DNA of 64,000 bases, taken from positions 2,999,950 to 3,063,949 of the forward strand of contig NC_134026.1 of the NCBI RefSeq assembly GCF_964204645.1, written 5' to 3'. Under the pieces are notes generated by a model. The model saw nothing but the letters and a program-made list of their open reading frames with translations. It was not told the origin of the DNA and ran no database searches. Shown here piece by piece: positions 22,101 to 41,550 of this stretch; position 1 is the stretch's first letter; each line of letters starts with the position of its first letter. The position numbers were made by a program, and so were the translations under genes. Source of the DNA: Tubulanus polymorphus. Taxonomy: Eukaryota > Animalia > Nemertea.

Positions 22101-25100
22101 ATGGTATGCAAATATACTGGCATCTTTATGAGAATATGCAAATGTTCAACAATAAATCGGAGAACTTTGAGGCGTTGTATTGTACGTTAGCATTACTAAG
22201 TATTGAATGCGGAGGAGAAGAGATTTTAGTGGATCTAATACGGCTAGCTCTAGGAATACAGGTCTGCCTGAAATTTCTCTTAACCCTTTCAGTGCTGACT
22301 AATTAATACCCTATAGTGCTGGAGAAAATTTGAAAATTCTAAAAAATTCCACCCTAGTGTGTTGAACAATGGGAATACCACTATAGTGCGTCTACACCAC
22401 AGTGCGGTGTATCGTTAGTTACTAGTATTTCACTATGTTTGACACTTGCTGCCATTTTTCAATAGAGATAATTACAAATTACTAATTACATCAATACACC
22501 GCAGTGCGGTGTACTAGCATAAACCATCACTGATTTATACACCGCACTGCGGTGTAGACGCACTGAAAGGGTTAAGTTCAAAATATGTGTTAATTTTTGA
22601 GTGATATTCATCGTTGTTTCTCTATCATATTACAGCAAGTGGTGCAAAATAAAACCGATCTTCCATTGACGCATAAATGCGCAGTTCACTCAGTAGTGGC
22701 TGCATATTTGAATTTGATCAGTCAACTTACAGCGATTCCTGCATTTTGTCAACATTGTACAAAGGTAGATTAGCGAAATATTTACACGGAAGACCCTTGT
22801 CTCTCATTTTGATCAATGATCCTTTATTTAGGAAAATTTTGTTTACGAACTCGAATATATAGATTTTACTTTTTGTGGTATTTGTTAGGTTATACAAAGT
22901 CGCGAAATTGAAGCTGGTTACCTTCTACCCGACCAGGCCTTCAATAGAACTAATACTATTAAAAGGTGATTTGGTGATTTCGCTTTCAAAAGACTATTTA
23001 CTCAGGAGGATATATATAATGGAATATTATTGATGATTTTGCAGCTACCCATCATCTTCGGATAGCATCAAAGAACATCTGCTATTCAATAAGAACAGTA
23101 TCGCTGAAGCTTTAAAGAATGCTGGATTTGATACAACAAAACTTGATACTCCTTTCGCTGCCAGACCATCAGGAATCGGAATTGGTACGTTATTACGCCT
23201 TTAATTAGAGTTACTTAATGACAGAAAATTAGCAAGCTTATTGACACTTGATATCTTGTGACTATAATTACTGGCAGTTTCATAAAGATGTTGTGTGTTG
23301 CTATCAATTAACATAAGCTAGAAAAAAGAACTGATTTAATTAATTGAATTATTATTTTTATCTGATGCATAGTAATAGTCTGGTTTATTTAGCAAATTTT
23401 CGGTTTTGATATTAAGATATGATTTGATTACACATAGTTTATTTATGTTGAATATTGTTTCAGGAATCCCAGGTCTGTAGACCTTATTGGGTACTTTTGT
23501 TTCAAAAGTTGATTTGCTGAAATTTCCTCATTTTCTCTTGTACATCTATGTCCAATCAATGATTGTGTAATTGTTGAGATTTATGGACAAAATTTTTAAA
23601 AGCTTTTAAAAAATTTTCCCTCAAAGCCTTTTTAAAAGGCTTCGAGGGAGAATTTTCAACGATACTGTCACCTTATAGGTTACATTTATGGTGTTAAATG
23701 AAAGGACATACATGTCATGAGTTGATGAATAATTCATTAATCATTTTTAGCTTCAAAAAAATGAAAAAAACCATTGCGAAATTTGTTTCTTGTCTAACGC
23801 TTGCTTAATTAGTTGAATATTTTAGATGAATCAATGGTAGTTTATATTTTGTTGTGTTCAGTTGGTGTTGGGAACGAAAAGTATTTCAAGAGACGATTAA
23901 GAAAGAAAAAAATATGAAAAAACATGCGTTCAATCGTTGACTGTTAATATGCTGTGTTCTATTTGATACTAATACTCATATTTCTCATTTTTTGGTACAG
24001 TGTTTCAGTTTGGTAAAATATCAAATTTTAACAATTTTCTGCTAAGAAAAACTTCTGATTTCTATTCGCCTTTGATGGAGATTACACACAGCAATTCTCT
24101 GAATGCGACTCAAAAGTCAAATGCACTGTCTACCGTTGTGTATATATGTCTGCACTCCATCAGGGGCTGCATGGTGTTTTTATATCAATGTGTTGTCTTC
24201 ATTACGGGATACCACAATCAAATACTAGGATATATATTCTAGTCATAAATGACTGGTGCCTTTAATTGGGTTGGCGATGATTTTGAGTTGTTGTACGCTA
24301 GAAATCAAGTTTGTTGTATCACATTATGTTGTCGCATCGGCTTTATATATTTCCTAGTAGCTTGTTCGAAACCTTTTGTAAATGATGCCATTGGTACCAT
24401 GAAGATTAGAAAAGTCCTAAACCTATAAATGCAGTGTTTTTGTATCACATCCCTTCCTTTGTAGAGTAGATCCAGCATTTTAGGCCAGGCCTACTTCATC
24501 GAAAAATCGGTATTTCCTTCATTTTTAGGATTTATTACTGAAGTGTGGCCCCCTTGCTGGATCTGTCCCTGCTCTACCACTGCCCCCACCACAACCCCCC
24601 CTTTCATGGTTCAGGTCTTGTTCTGAATTTTATTCTACATTGTCATAGGTTTTACTTCTTCATTGCTACTAATCAAATTTCTTACAATCTTGTAATAATT
24701 GTGACATGTTATGACTGGTGAACTTTACGCAGGCAACTGATTCATGAAAAACTATGCCCCTTCTAGCATGGCTCATTCCCCATAAGAACACTAGTTGTGT
24801 GCTGCATTCTTCTATATAGGTGTGTTTTCCTGCAGTCTTGTTACAGCGATACGCTTTCAGTATTAGACAATTCTTCATCTTCGAATACTGCTTTTGTATC
24901 AAATTGTGCTTCTTGTGAATTTATTCATTCGGTTGGATGTGGTAGATAAGAAGTCAATATGCTGCTTTTTAGGTTTTGATAAATGTGCCTTACCCAGCAA
25001 ACATTCCCAAGCTGTTTCAATCCCACTCCGGGCCATTATCATACTTCGCCTTTCATACTTATAATTCCGCATCCTCCAAAGGTTAACTTTTCAATAGTAA

Positions 25101-27912
25101 CTGTTCAGATTCAAACTCCTCATACAGAAATTTGACTTGCGAGTATCTTAGTTTTCTGAATTGTTGGCATATTTGAAATTTCAGACATGGTTGACCGAGC
25201 TTACAGCGCGAATGATATTCATTCAATTAGCCTGGAGGTGGATAGTGTACATTCGTCACCAGGACTCGGAGGGAGGGTAAGTTATTTCCTCGTTGGATCT
25301 TGTCTTAGCTTATTCATCATGCAAGGGATGCAGTAAGAGAACATGTTATTAAAATGTTCATCGACATATGAGCTGCAAATGCCTTGCTGTCATCTAAATT
25401 CTGTTGCCTAGATGTCTTTGAGTTAAATGTCTTATGTGAGTACCATGTTTGTCATGTACTAATTTGGAATACCGCAGTATATCCTCGCTTGGGCACAATA
25501 GTGAAAGAATAAAAGTGATTAGTTTATGAAGACGTGTCTTACAATTAGATAGATACAGATTTCATTCAAATCTTTACTCAAAATAATCACCAACTTTCCG
25601 AAATGTGTTTCCAAGTTGCGGGCGAAATCAAATTCCAAGTTGGAAGTGTAACTACCAGTAACAGCCTGTGCTTAATGAAATCTTATAGCATGACTCATAA
25701 CACTCGTCCGTTCTTAATTTCAGCGTATATCGATAATAAGCCGAAAGTTTTCGGTTGATTTGGTATGTCGACTTTTATATCCAGTAGCCCTTATAATAAC
25801 GCTTAGCTTTACCGCGGGTCAATTTTATACATATATCTTATTAGCTTATTTTATTGATCTCTCAGTTTTTGCAAACGTGTCGTGAATTCGTACACTGAAA
25901 AAAAAACCGTATCCGAGCTCGTCGCGCTCTGCGGCAAGCGAGGATGAAGTTTGTATTATTTTAGCGGCTTATATAATTGCACCGCTGGCTTTTGTACAGT
26001 AATCGTAGAGCTGAAGCTTTGAGTATTACATGAATATTACGTATCTATTCGTGTAGGCAACATTTTAAGATAAATTTTCTGTGTTGTTATCATATTCGTC
26101 GGTGAAACTATCAAATAAATTACCGGGGGGTGTTTATACAGTTGGCTCATTTGCCCTTGATTGCGATTCGATATAATGCTGGATTATAAGCCTTTGAGAG
26201 AATGCTAGGTCGTAGAAGTCGAAGCTTTTACAGAACAAAGTTTTTCATTTTACGGTTTCTAGATAGTTTGGAGAACTGAGATTTAGTTGACTCGGGTAAT
26301 TCTTTCTTTTTCCCTTCAGCTCTGAGTGGTCATCTTGAGTAAATGATTACTCGGAGCTCTACTATAAACTGTACCTACTATAGTTAACATTACATTGATC
26401 ATAGTTTTATACGACAGGACTAGTGCATCTATTCACCGGTTTATTGGTCCCAGTTCCTTGGTACAGGAAGGCGCACACATCCTTAGCCCATTCATCAACA
26501 GATCAATGAGATTTTCGATGTTGCACCAGGCTGAGAGAAAGTATCGCGCTCCTGGCTGGGAACTTGGGCTTCGGTCTTTTTTATGAAATTTTCAAATAAA
26601 TACCGTATCAATTCGAATTCTTACTTCATCTCTGTCCATAGATTCCATTGATAAAAATCTCTTACTTAAACTATTTCTTATGAACTTAAGTTTCAATCAG
26701 GCTATGGGCTATGATGCGCATATTATGGTAACCATTTTATCATCAGTAATTGGTAAATATGATGTGCCATTAATATTAATTGATTATTTTCAGTGTAAGG
26801 TATCGATACTGTCAAAAATACTTCTTTATGTATTTTTGATACTGTGTGGAGGGCCTGTTTAGAGGTTGCATATTTCATACCTGGGGATGTTTCGACTGTT
26901 TTTTTTTTCATGGTAGATATATCTCATTTTCAGAGGCATGTTGCTGTACTTGTATTTATGATATAAAGTAGTTCGTATTAAGACAACACTCGTGTGAATA
27001 TGTACTTACGTAGATTCTTAGAGGTCAACGGTTCTCTTTTCTACCTGGTTTGAGAATAGTTATCGAATACGGTGATGGTTCTCATTTGCAGCAGCACTCC
27101 CAACATGTACCGGAGAATATGTATATATACAATGTATTGAATGACTGGTTTATGCGATATTTCTATTTTCAGAGACACCCAGAGGAAGAGATCACTTTTG
27201 AGTCAATGAAAAAGATCCTAGGTCAGTTCTCCATAGTTAATGCTTTGCAAATGTAGTCAGTAGTTTTTCAAGCAATTAGAAATGTCTTCCTTATTTGTTG
27301 CAGCCCAAAGTGATGAGAAACTCAAGCAAGAAGAAGAAGAACGAAGGTTGTATATATTGGACACATTCCGCAATGCACCATTCGAAGAAATCATGGCTAG
27401 ATCCGAAGCTAAGGTGAGCGTTAATATGCATGCAGATTCACAGTTGAGTCACAGTATCCCACCAGAGGGTATGACAAGCACTTAACTTTCTTTTTACTCA
27501 GATATCGGTATAGTTATCATCCGTGATTGATTCATTTAAGAAAAAGTTCATTCAGTTTTCATTGAAATGTAGAACAAATCGAACACGGAAGACCAAGTTA
27601 CTGCTAGGGAACCTGGTGGATCCTCGCCTGCCATAAGTGGAATCCTTGATTGCTGCAGTAGTGGTGCCACTACCCCATTATCTCGACAAGATAATTACAC
27701 CAAGCAGGCCCTTGCAAGCAGCCAGTGTCCAGTCGCAAAAGAAACTTCATTATTCATTCTATCTGTTTCAGAATAAGTTGGATGATATTCTCAGTGCAAT
27801 AGCTCAAGAAAGCGATAACAGTGCCGAAAAAACCCCTCTCATGACAAAGTATGAAGATAATTCTAACGAGCCATCGTTTGAAATGCAATTTCCTGACTTG
27901 TTTGTGTACTAA
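19192..27912 (+). CDS. EFR3: EFR3 homolog (PI4KA plasma-membrane anchor), multi-exon; first exon uncertain
   Basis: Exon at 19517 gives the Cys cluster CYGCCVACKPRYKVLVDNIFP. Later exons give MEKLTFYALSSPEKLDRIG, FSNIEEDTPSYHRRYDFFVSKFSSMCH, GEFANHLPDYQKIEI and the C-terminus EMQFPDLFVY*. The ATG at 19192 is tentative. Confidence 0.93.
22284..22571. mobile_element. piggyBac-like MITE in an EFR3 intron
   Basis: TTAA|CCCTTTCAGTGC ... GCACTGAAAGGG|TTAA, with internal repeated ACACCGCAGTGCGGTGTA palindromes. Confidence 0.9.
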
Positions 27913-28776
27913 GGTCAATTCCAGCTCTGTAATTAACTATACTGTCATTTATTAGTCGCTGTAAGTATGACTAGTAAAAACTGATAACCATCAAGATTTA
28001 GATTATCCATAGACTTATATATACTCGTATTTACCTAACATATGCATTCAAAATACGTAGATTGCTGGCTGTGTAAAATAGATATTCCATCCATTCTGGT
28101 CTATGACATGCATCTAGTCTTAAATGCAAAGGATTCATTTCTTCCATCAAAAAGTGCCAGCACAAATTCATGTCGATTTTAATAAGAACATTTTGTAATA
28201 ATCGAACATTAACAGCAGCGCTTTCAGATACAATCTATACAAGATTTGCTTACATCATGAAAATAGTTGATATCAATGAATTATAAATGTATTGAGAGAA
28301 TTTGTCAAATGTAAAAAAAACCAATGTATTTTGTACATTATTGATTGGGAGATAGCTATGAAATAGAAATGTATATGAAATATATGAATAGAATTTTATG
28401 TACAAATATTGTTGAAAGTATAGATCATAGATTGTAGAAAAATATTGTAAATAATGATTGTAAGATAGAATTAATTTAAAGATATATGGTGAAAAGTATT
28501 TACGAGCAATGTCTATTGTAGCTTTAAAGGTTTGTAGATGATATTGTAAAGTGTAGCAAAAATCTGAGTGATATGCGATTGTTGGAAAGCTTGCCATCAT
28601 CATCATCATATGATGCTAGTCATTGTGTATGTTTCGGGTCGATGTTTTATCCAGGGAGAAACACTAGATAATAGGATGGTTATATCAATTTCGGGTAGAT
28701 ATTTTATCTAGTGAAATGCTTCTGTTAAGATGATTACCGGTAAAACAAGAAGTTTTGAGGTTCACTTCGAATTCAG

Positions 28777-28873
28777 GGGCTGGTTCCATAGTCAAGAAAA
28801 GGGCTTAAAACTTTAGACTGGTATTAAAATGTTAGATTAGCTTTTGAATTATGATGGTCTTGGACTGGTAAGC
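28777..28873. mobile_element. Degenerate copy of the 9295 Harbinger-like MITE family
   Basis: GGGCTGGTTCCATAGTC ... TAGACTGGT ... GCCATGAATATGGAACTGACC resembles the 9295/9440 elements. Confidence 0.5.
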
Positions 28874-30213
28874 CATGAATATGGAACTGACCTCCTAGGA
28901 CTCGAGTGGATACATGGTAGGGCAGTCTTATATTTTGCTAGCAGTTGGGATTTAGTAAAGTACTTAGTAAACAACCGATATTCAGTTTGTCTGTAATTTA
29001 TTTTTGGTAATATTGTATGCTTGTAATTTTTGTTAAGAGTATACTGTAGGGTAGATTATCTTACCGCAGATATTTTACCTGGTCCCGAGTGATAAGAAAT
29101 ATCCGTGTTTTGTTGTACATTATATCATAAAATGTTATCTAAATTATGGGTTTTATAACTTGATTATTGTCGAAAAAATGTTAGAAGGATCCGTTTGAAA
29201 ATACCGGTATGTCTGTGATAGTTATTGTGTTTTATATGTACGTATAATACGAATTAAAGCTTAAGCTTCTCTCACATTTCCTCATTACTAGACCATTCCA
29301 AATTGATGTAAATTCTATTCGCACAATTTCCTAAATTGTTTCACTTCCGAAGTGGAGATTAGTTAGTTTAAAAATCCGTGCTAAATGAATAAATAAAATT
29401 CATTCCTTCTCTCAAGTATATTTAATGCGATACATGTACCGTAGAGGAATTCAATCAGCTTTTTGCTTGTAGTGTACCTACATAGTGCCAAGATACTGGT
29501 AGAATCAAACCATTAATAAAATTACCACTGCCTAAATACTTTGTCAGGTTTGTTCTTTGTTTTACTTCCTTTGTCTGGGTTATCCTATGTCTATTTGTTA
29601 TTTAAGCTCACTGGTACAAGCTGAAAAAGGACTGCAACTCAGTGATGAGCCCGCAGTGATTGGATAAAAGCAATTGGAGTTTTCACTGGTGGAATAAGCC
29701 TCCTATTGACTGAAACCATCCTTGAAACAAAAGATCCAACAAAATATTCACCTCATTTAAAGCTTTATTAGTCACAAGACCAGCACCATGTAAATAATAT
29801 AAGTAATCCATGATTGTAAGGAAGAATAAGTAACTAATTTCGATACAGCAGAAAATCGTACAGAAATGTCCATAATATACCTAATACCAGGTATATTTTG
29901 GGTTAAAAATATAATCAAAAATAGTTGGTCAGAATAACATTCAACTAATCTATGTAAAATATAAAGACTACCGGTAGCTACCCTATGATTACGGGTAAAT
30001 ACTGTTGAACAATACAAGTAAGAACAGAATTTTAGGAGAGAACAATCAAGATCTACAATTAACACCGGTTAAGATATTGAACCATTCATATATAACTATA
30101 AATCGACGAGTAATTTACGTATCAAATAGAATCAAATAAGTAGGCCTACCCAGCACATATTGTGACTAATAACTGACACTGATTTTTACAGAAAAACATA
30201 ATATATTTAATAA

Positions 30214-36431
<6,218 letters not shown>

Positions 36432-36494
36432 GATTCTGAATCCTAAACTAAGAAGTTCGTGTTGAAGTCCATAGTCCGCGATATAGTTGAATAC

Positions 36495-36510
36495 CCACCA
36501 GGGGGCACTA
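36495..36510 (+). promoter_or_regulatory. CTCF-like motif in the DPYD/KIAA0753 bidirectional promoter
   Basis: CCACCAGGGGGCACTA closely matches the bilaterian CTCF core CCACCAGGGGGCGCTA (one mismatch). Confidence 0.6.
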
Positions 36511-36831
36511 GCGCCGAAAATTGTATTTATTGTGGAGGCGGATGATTCAAATTCAGCGTTGAAATACATGAAATAAAGGTAAATTTAGCATGATAACGAC
36601 CATAGATGAAATATATATTTCATCCTAATGAATATTTATTGTATGTAGTGTGAGGCAGCATCTGTTGTTGTTCTTATTGAATGTATGGACTGAGAGTGAG
36701 ACTGACTGAGTCGTCCAGCAGGTCACTTTTTTGAGTTTTCAGTTTTTGTGTAACCTGTGTATTTATTTATCAAGAATGATTAAGATTTAAAATGAATTCT
36801 ATCTTATTTTCAGTTGTAACCAAGCGGTAAT

Positions 36832-39800
36832 ATGGTCATACAAACGGAAATGATGGCAGCGCCACCTATACCTCACATACAGAATCAATTACGATTCAAT
36901 TTGCACCGGTCGACTTCGCCGTCAAATCTGGCCGTGCGATTTCGTAAACCCGGCCCGGTTATCGTCGAACGCCTCGGATCGAGTCCAACTAGGAGACATC
37001 CGGATTTCGTCGAGCACGCGCCTCCGTCCGTGCAGTTCTCCGTTATTTCTGAAGAAAGTTTATCGATGGCCGTGAAGCTTGCTAAACGCGACATCAAGAA
37101 GAAAAAGATGGATCTCGAACTAGAAAAATTACGTAAAGAACAAGAACAAGCCGTTAGCGGACGCGCGAAGAAGACTAAAATCGTGCCGAGTAAACAATAT
37201 TTAGTAAAAGCCCAGCAGCGTCAGGATCGTCGTCGAGCTGGAAAAACTGTGCAATCCGTCGAAACTCAAGCCGATATTAAACCGAAGAAAAAAAGACCGA
37301 CATCGAAGACACAAGCGACAAACCGACAAACTAACGTCGAACTTCATTATCCTCGTATGTTTCTTCAGCAATTTAGTTTCTTGTCATTCGATTTTGTCTC
37401 GTTATTTTAGAAGATGTATGTCGTCCATTTTCAGCTACCACAGACTCGCCACCTACCAGAGATATCGATAACTATCAGGTGACGAAATCCGAAGATGAGA
37501 AAAATATCGATGAAATTTGTCAAATACGACACGAATTGAACGATTGCGTTGAGAAAATCTATCAAGTTGAACGCCGCGTTTTGGCAAAACGAGGTGAGGA
37601 AAATTGTCATTTTACTGGTTGTCTTTAAAAAGCATTACTAGATGCGTTTACTATAAGATATGAACACAACAAATGCGTAGCAATAACCAGTAGATTTTGG
37701 AATACGTGTATGAGGTCTGTCACACCCCAAATCTTCACTAAGCAACTTTATGAAAAAAAACCATGAACATTAGGTTGGGAAATTTATCAATTCAATCTTT
37801 TATTTTCAATTCTATCGAGGCACTGTTCTATGCGATGAAGTAATTCTGTGTGATAATTTTACGAGCAGGTGAACCACCTCAGTTCTCTGAAGAAGAAAGA
37901 TTGCTCGAAGTAAAACGTGTGTCTCACGCCGAAGACAAGGCTTCGCGTACCACCAGATTAATGTATGGACTTCAACAACAAGTTCGAGAAATAAAAGCGG
38001 ATTTAATAAAACTCGGAGCCGAGGGTTTACATGGCAAGAAAAAGGTAATTTAGTCATGATTGCGTTATCCTTACAGTATCATAAAAACTCTTTCCAAACC
38101 ACGGAAAAAAATTTTCAGATTCATTTCAATTTTTACGTGTTGGGATTTGAATTCAAGGCCATATACACAAATCTTTTTATTTGCTGTAAATTGTGAAATG
38201 TTGGAGTTTGATTTCAACGTTTTTATGTTACAGACATTGATAATCGTGAAGCTGGGCGCGGCTCATCGCGCATTTTTACGTGCCGTTCAAGCTTTCGTTT
38301 ACAACTTGTCGGATCACGATATCAAATTCGGTTTACCACGCGTAAACAAGGATATCAATTTCATCAATGAACAGATGACTGAATTGTGTATCGAACTCGG
38401 TATCGGAGGACATTCTGGTATTCCTGTAGGTGTAGTTAATCTCATCAAACGAGAGGTAAATATCTTCAAAAAACTTCTCAAAGTCTGTAAAATTTTGGGT
38501 ACATTGCATCGGAAACTTAAGAAATAAATTTCGTGAAAATTTCCGTCTTTTAGGATAATTATGAGCGCTGGGCACGGGATAAGGCCTTGCCAAACCGAAC
38601 TCGTAAACCGCAGAATGAACGTTTTAAACCAGTTAAAGAAACTGTTATTATTGGTAAGTAAATCTTTGATGATGATGCAATTGAGGTTTAGATTTTTTGT
38701 CTGACTTCGTTATGTCATTTTTAGGACGATCGCATTCCCCTCCTCGCTCTTCAAGGTCGGATAAAGATCACCACTCAGCAAGGTTATGTCAAGGTCAGAC
38801 AAGTAAGACACTAATCTACCTTTTGCCAAATTATTTGTAAAATAATGTAACATAGGAAAATGTGTTCAAATCGAATATATTCACTGTCATATCTGCATCT
38901 ATCTGCATCTGCAGGTGTTCACAATGAACCGACCCCAGAAAGACAGGAAACGATCAGGTCTGGTATTAATGCATTGCTGCGGGCTCGAGATCGATCATCT
39001 TCACCACCTCTCAGTCCAACTAGAAAAGGGAACAAACCCAGAGGACTCCTCTTAGCTGAAAAATTAAAGGTAACGATAAATACAATTTTTGGATTATTGT
39101 CATTCTTGTACAAGTTTACTTAGATTCCTAATGCACTGAGTGTACGAAAATGTTTTGTAGAAAGAGAAAGTAAGGATTGCTATTCCGGAAGTGACCGATC
39201 TAAATGATGATTATGGATACCTTGAACCTACATATTCATCACAACAAAAGACGAGAGATCTGCATGAAATTCATCGTCCTGAATCTCCAAAATCTCCTCG
39301 GTATAAGAGTTATTTCTCAAAGGTTTAGAATCTATGTAAAATATACTCATTGGCCTTACATTATATACACAAAGAGAACACAGAAAAGTTTAATTGTAAG
39401 CTTAGGGGAATAAATGGGTTTTGAGATTTGATTTTAAGATAGATTCATGGACTAGAAATTATCACGTAACCCGAAGGGACATTACTAACCAAGTGGTTGG
39501 TAGATAAGCAGTCAATACAACCAGCCCCTTTATTTGTACTTGAATTCTAACAAGTATTTTACATCTTGTAGGAAAGACTTAACTCCGCGATCGATGCGAG
39601 GATTGTCACCCAGAAGAGAATATGGTATATCTCCAAGATATGGACGCTCACCGAGAGTGGGTGTGTCTCCCAGACGTGACGTCGATGGATACCTAACACA
39701 TTTAGATGTAGGTGTTCCTCGTGAATGGGTCGCTGATGCTGAACGCGCGATAAAATCGCAGCTTAAACCTCTACTAGATCAAGCGAAGGTTTGTGAATTT

Positions 39801-41550
39801 TGCCTTTACGTTCACCGAGGATACAATCAAGACCACTGTTAGCTAATATCGATTTCAATTCATACGTATCTGCTTTTAGGAAATATCTGGCAAGACTCGA
39901 GATCCATTCTCTCTACGCAACAAACTATCTGAGAAAACTTCAGAGAAGGTGAGACCGTGAACGCTTGTTCCGGGCAAGGCATTCACTTGATTGAATAAGA
40001 ACTAGAAAATTTATGACAGAAGTTTTCACTATTGTAGGTTTTACTGTATTTAATTGTTTTGTTACTCGTCATTTCAAAAAGTTAAATTTCAAATCTCAGG
40101 TTGAAGTAAACGCAGATATTTTGGGTGATATGTTGCTGCATGATTTGATGCGGGATACGGCTTCAGAATTACAACGAATGGAAGATGATGAGAAATCAGA
40201 ACGTCTGGCGACAGAAATGAGAAACGCTCCTCAAGTGGAGGGCTTACTTCAACGTCTCAACGAAATGGAGGTAAATACTCGGGAATTTCTCAGTAACGTT
40301 GTTGTTGGTTGTTGTAGTTCTGGTTTTTCATCGAAAAAAGGGGGGCAATCGTCTTGATACCCATGTTCGAATTTCGTTTTGCAGAGAGAACAAAATGCTA
40401 TTCGACAGAAATGGAACTCAATCAATTATCAAGACGAAGAAAAATCGTTGACAGAAAGAGCTAAAGATCGTAAGTTCCCCTATTGATCATCGGTACCGGT
40501 GTATATGAATGTTTCAAGCTATCTAAAAGTCGGTTATTATTTCAGTATCGTCTTTCGGAAAGAAACCAGTGACTCCTCAGCCCATTCACATAACAACAGG
40601 TTCTGGTTCCAGTAGGAATGCTTATCAACCAGTTATCAGGTGAGTGTCCTTTTCATAACTTCAGTTCCACGGTTCTTTCAATTTCAAAGATCCGATGGAT
40701 CTCTCAATCAAAATAGCTTGACTATGTTTGAATATTGAATGTATAAATCGGTTTATTATAGAACTGATGTTGAAGGAGGTATAGAACTGAGTCGTCCGTC
40801 TGCCAGTCTTACTCAACAGCGATCTCACGATGAATTTGATGATGTCATCAATGAACCGATGCATCTATTGATTCCGCCGTTGATTCCGTTCACGATTCAC
40901 AAAGAAACGTTAGACAGCATTTTCGAATATCGGAATGAGTACGAACAATTCTTAAAACGTTCAGCTAATGTATCTGCTGGTGGTTTCAATCCGTCAAATA
41001 TCATGGCAACGTAAGTAATGATAAAGCCTTTCCATTCCTACAAACCCTGAAATCAGAGAATTTAGTGTGTTGATTAAATTGTTAAACTGTTTAAGGACTG
41101 CGTGCAGTAGGGTATTTCATACCTTTGAGGGAAACTGGGATTTACTGCATAGATATAATCATTGCAAATTTTCATAGATTTCTTTCTTAGTCTTTAACTG
41201 CAGTACTCGACTGGGGTGATGTTTTAGGGATTGAAATTTGTTGTGTTTTTTTTTTTTTCAGCATTGCTGACGAGATACTCGGCGATTGTATGGAGTCCAT
41301 AACTCAGGAAATATTCGACTCAGGATCGGCTGCGACTGTGGAGAAAGTGTTTAGGTCAGAGTTTGTCTGCCCAAAGACTGACAAGGTTGCTGCTACACAA
41401 CAACAAAAACCTCATGATGTAACTCGTGATGAGGATGAGAATTTTGAGGATGAAGATGATATTGTAGGAACAGAATATAGCGAAACAGATTTTGATGATG
41501 ATGAAGATGATGATGATAATTATGAGGATGCTAGAGACTTTGATCAATAA
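36832..41550 (+). CDS. KIAA0753: Moonraker/OFIP centriolar-satellite protein, multi-exon
   Basis: The N-terminal QNQLRFN..SNLAVRF..IVERL and FSVISEESLSMAVKLAKRD, the middle LAAAHR-like LGAAHRAFLRAVQAFV, and the C-terminal YRNEYEQFLKR..GGFNP..IADEIL..EKVFRSEF match recalled moonraker motifs. Confidence 0.85.

Noticed and set aside
23826-23836. Third EFR3 microexon (AG|ATGAATCAATG|GT)
   Set aside because: At 11 nt it would shift the frame on its own, and there is no other support.
28250-28609. 119-aa minus-strand ORF
   Set aside because: It is low-complexity AT-rich sequence antisense to the EFR3 3' UTR, with no motif or splice support.
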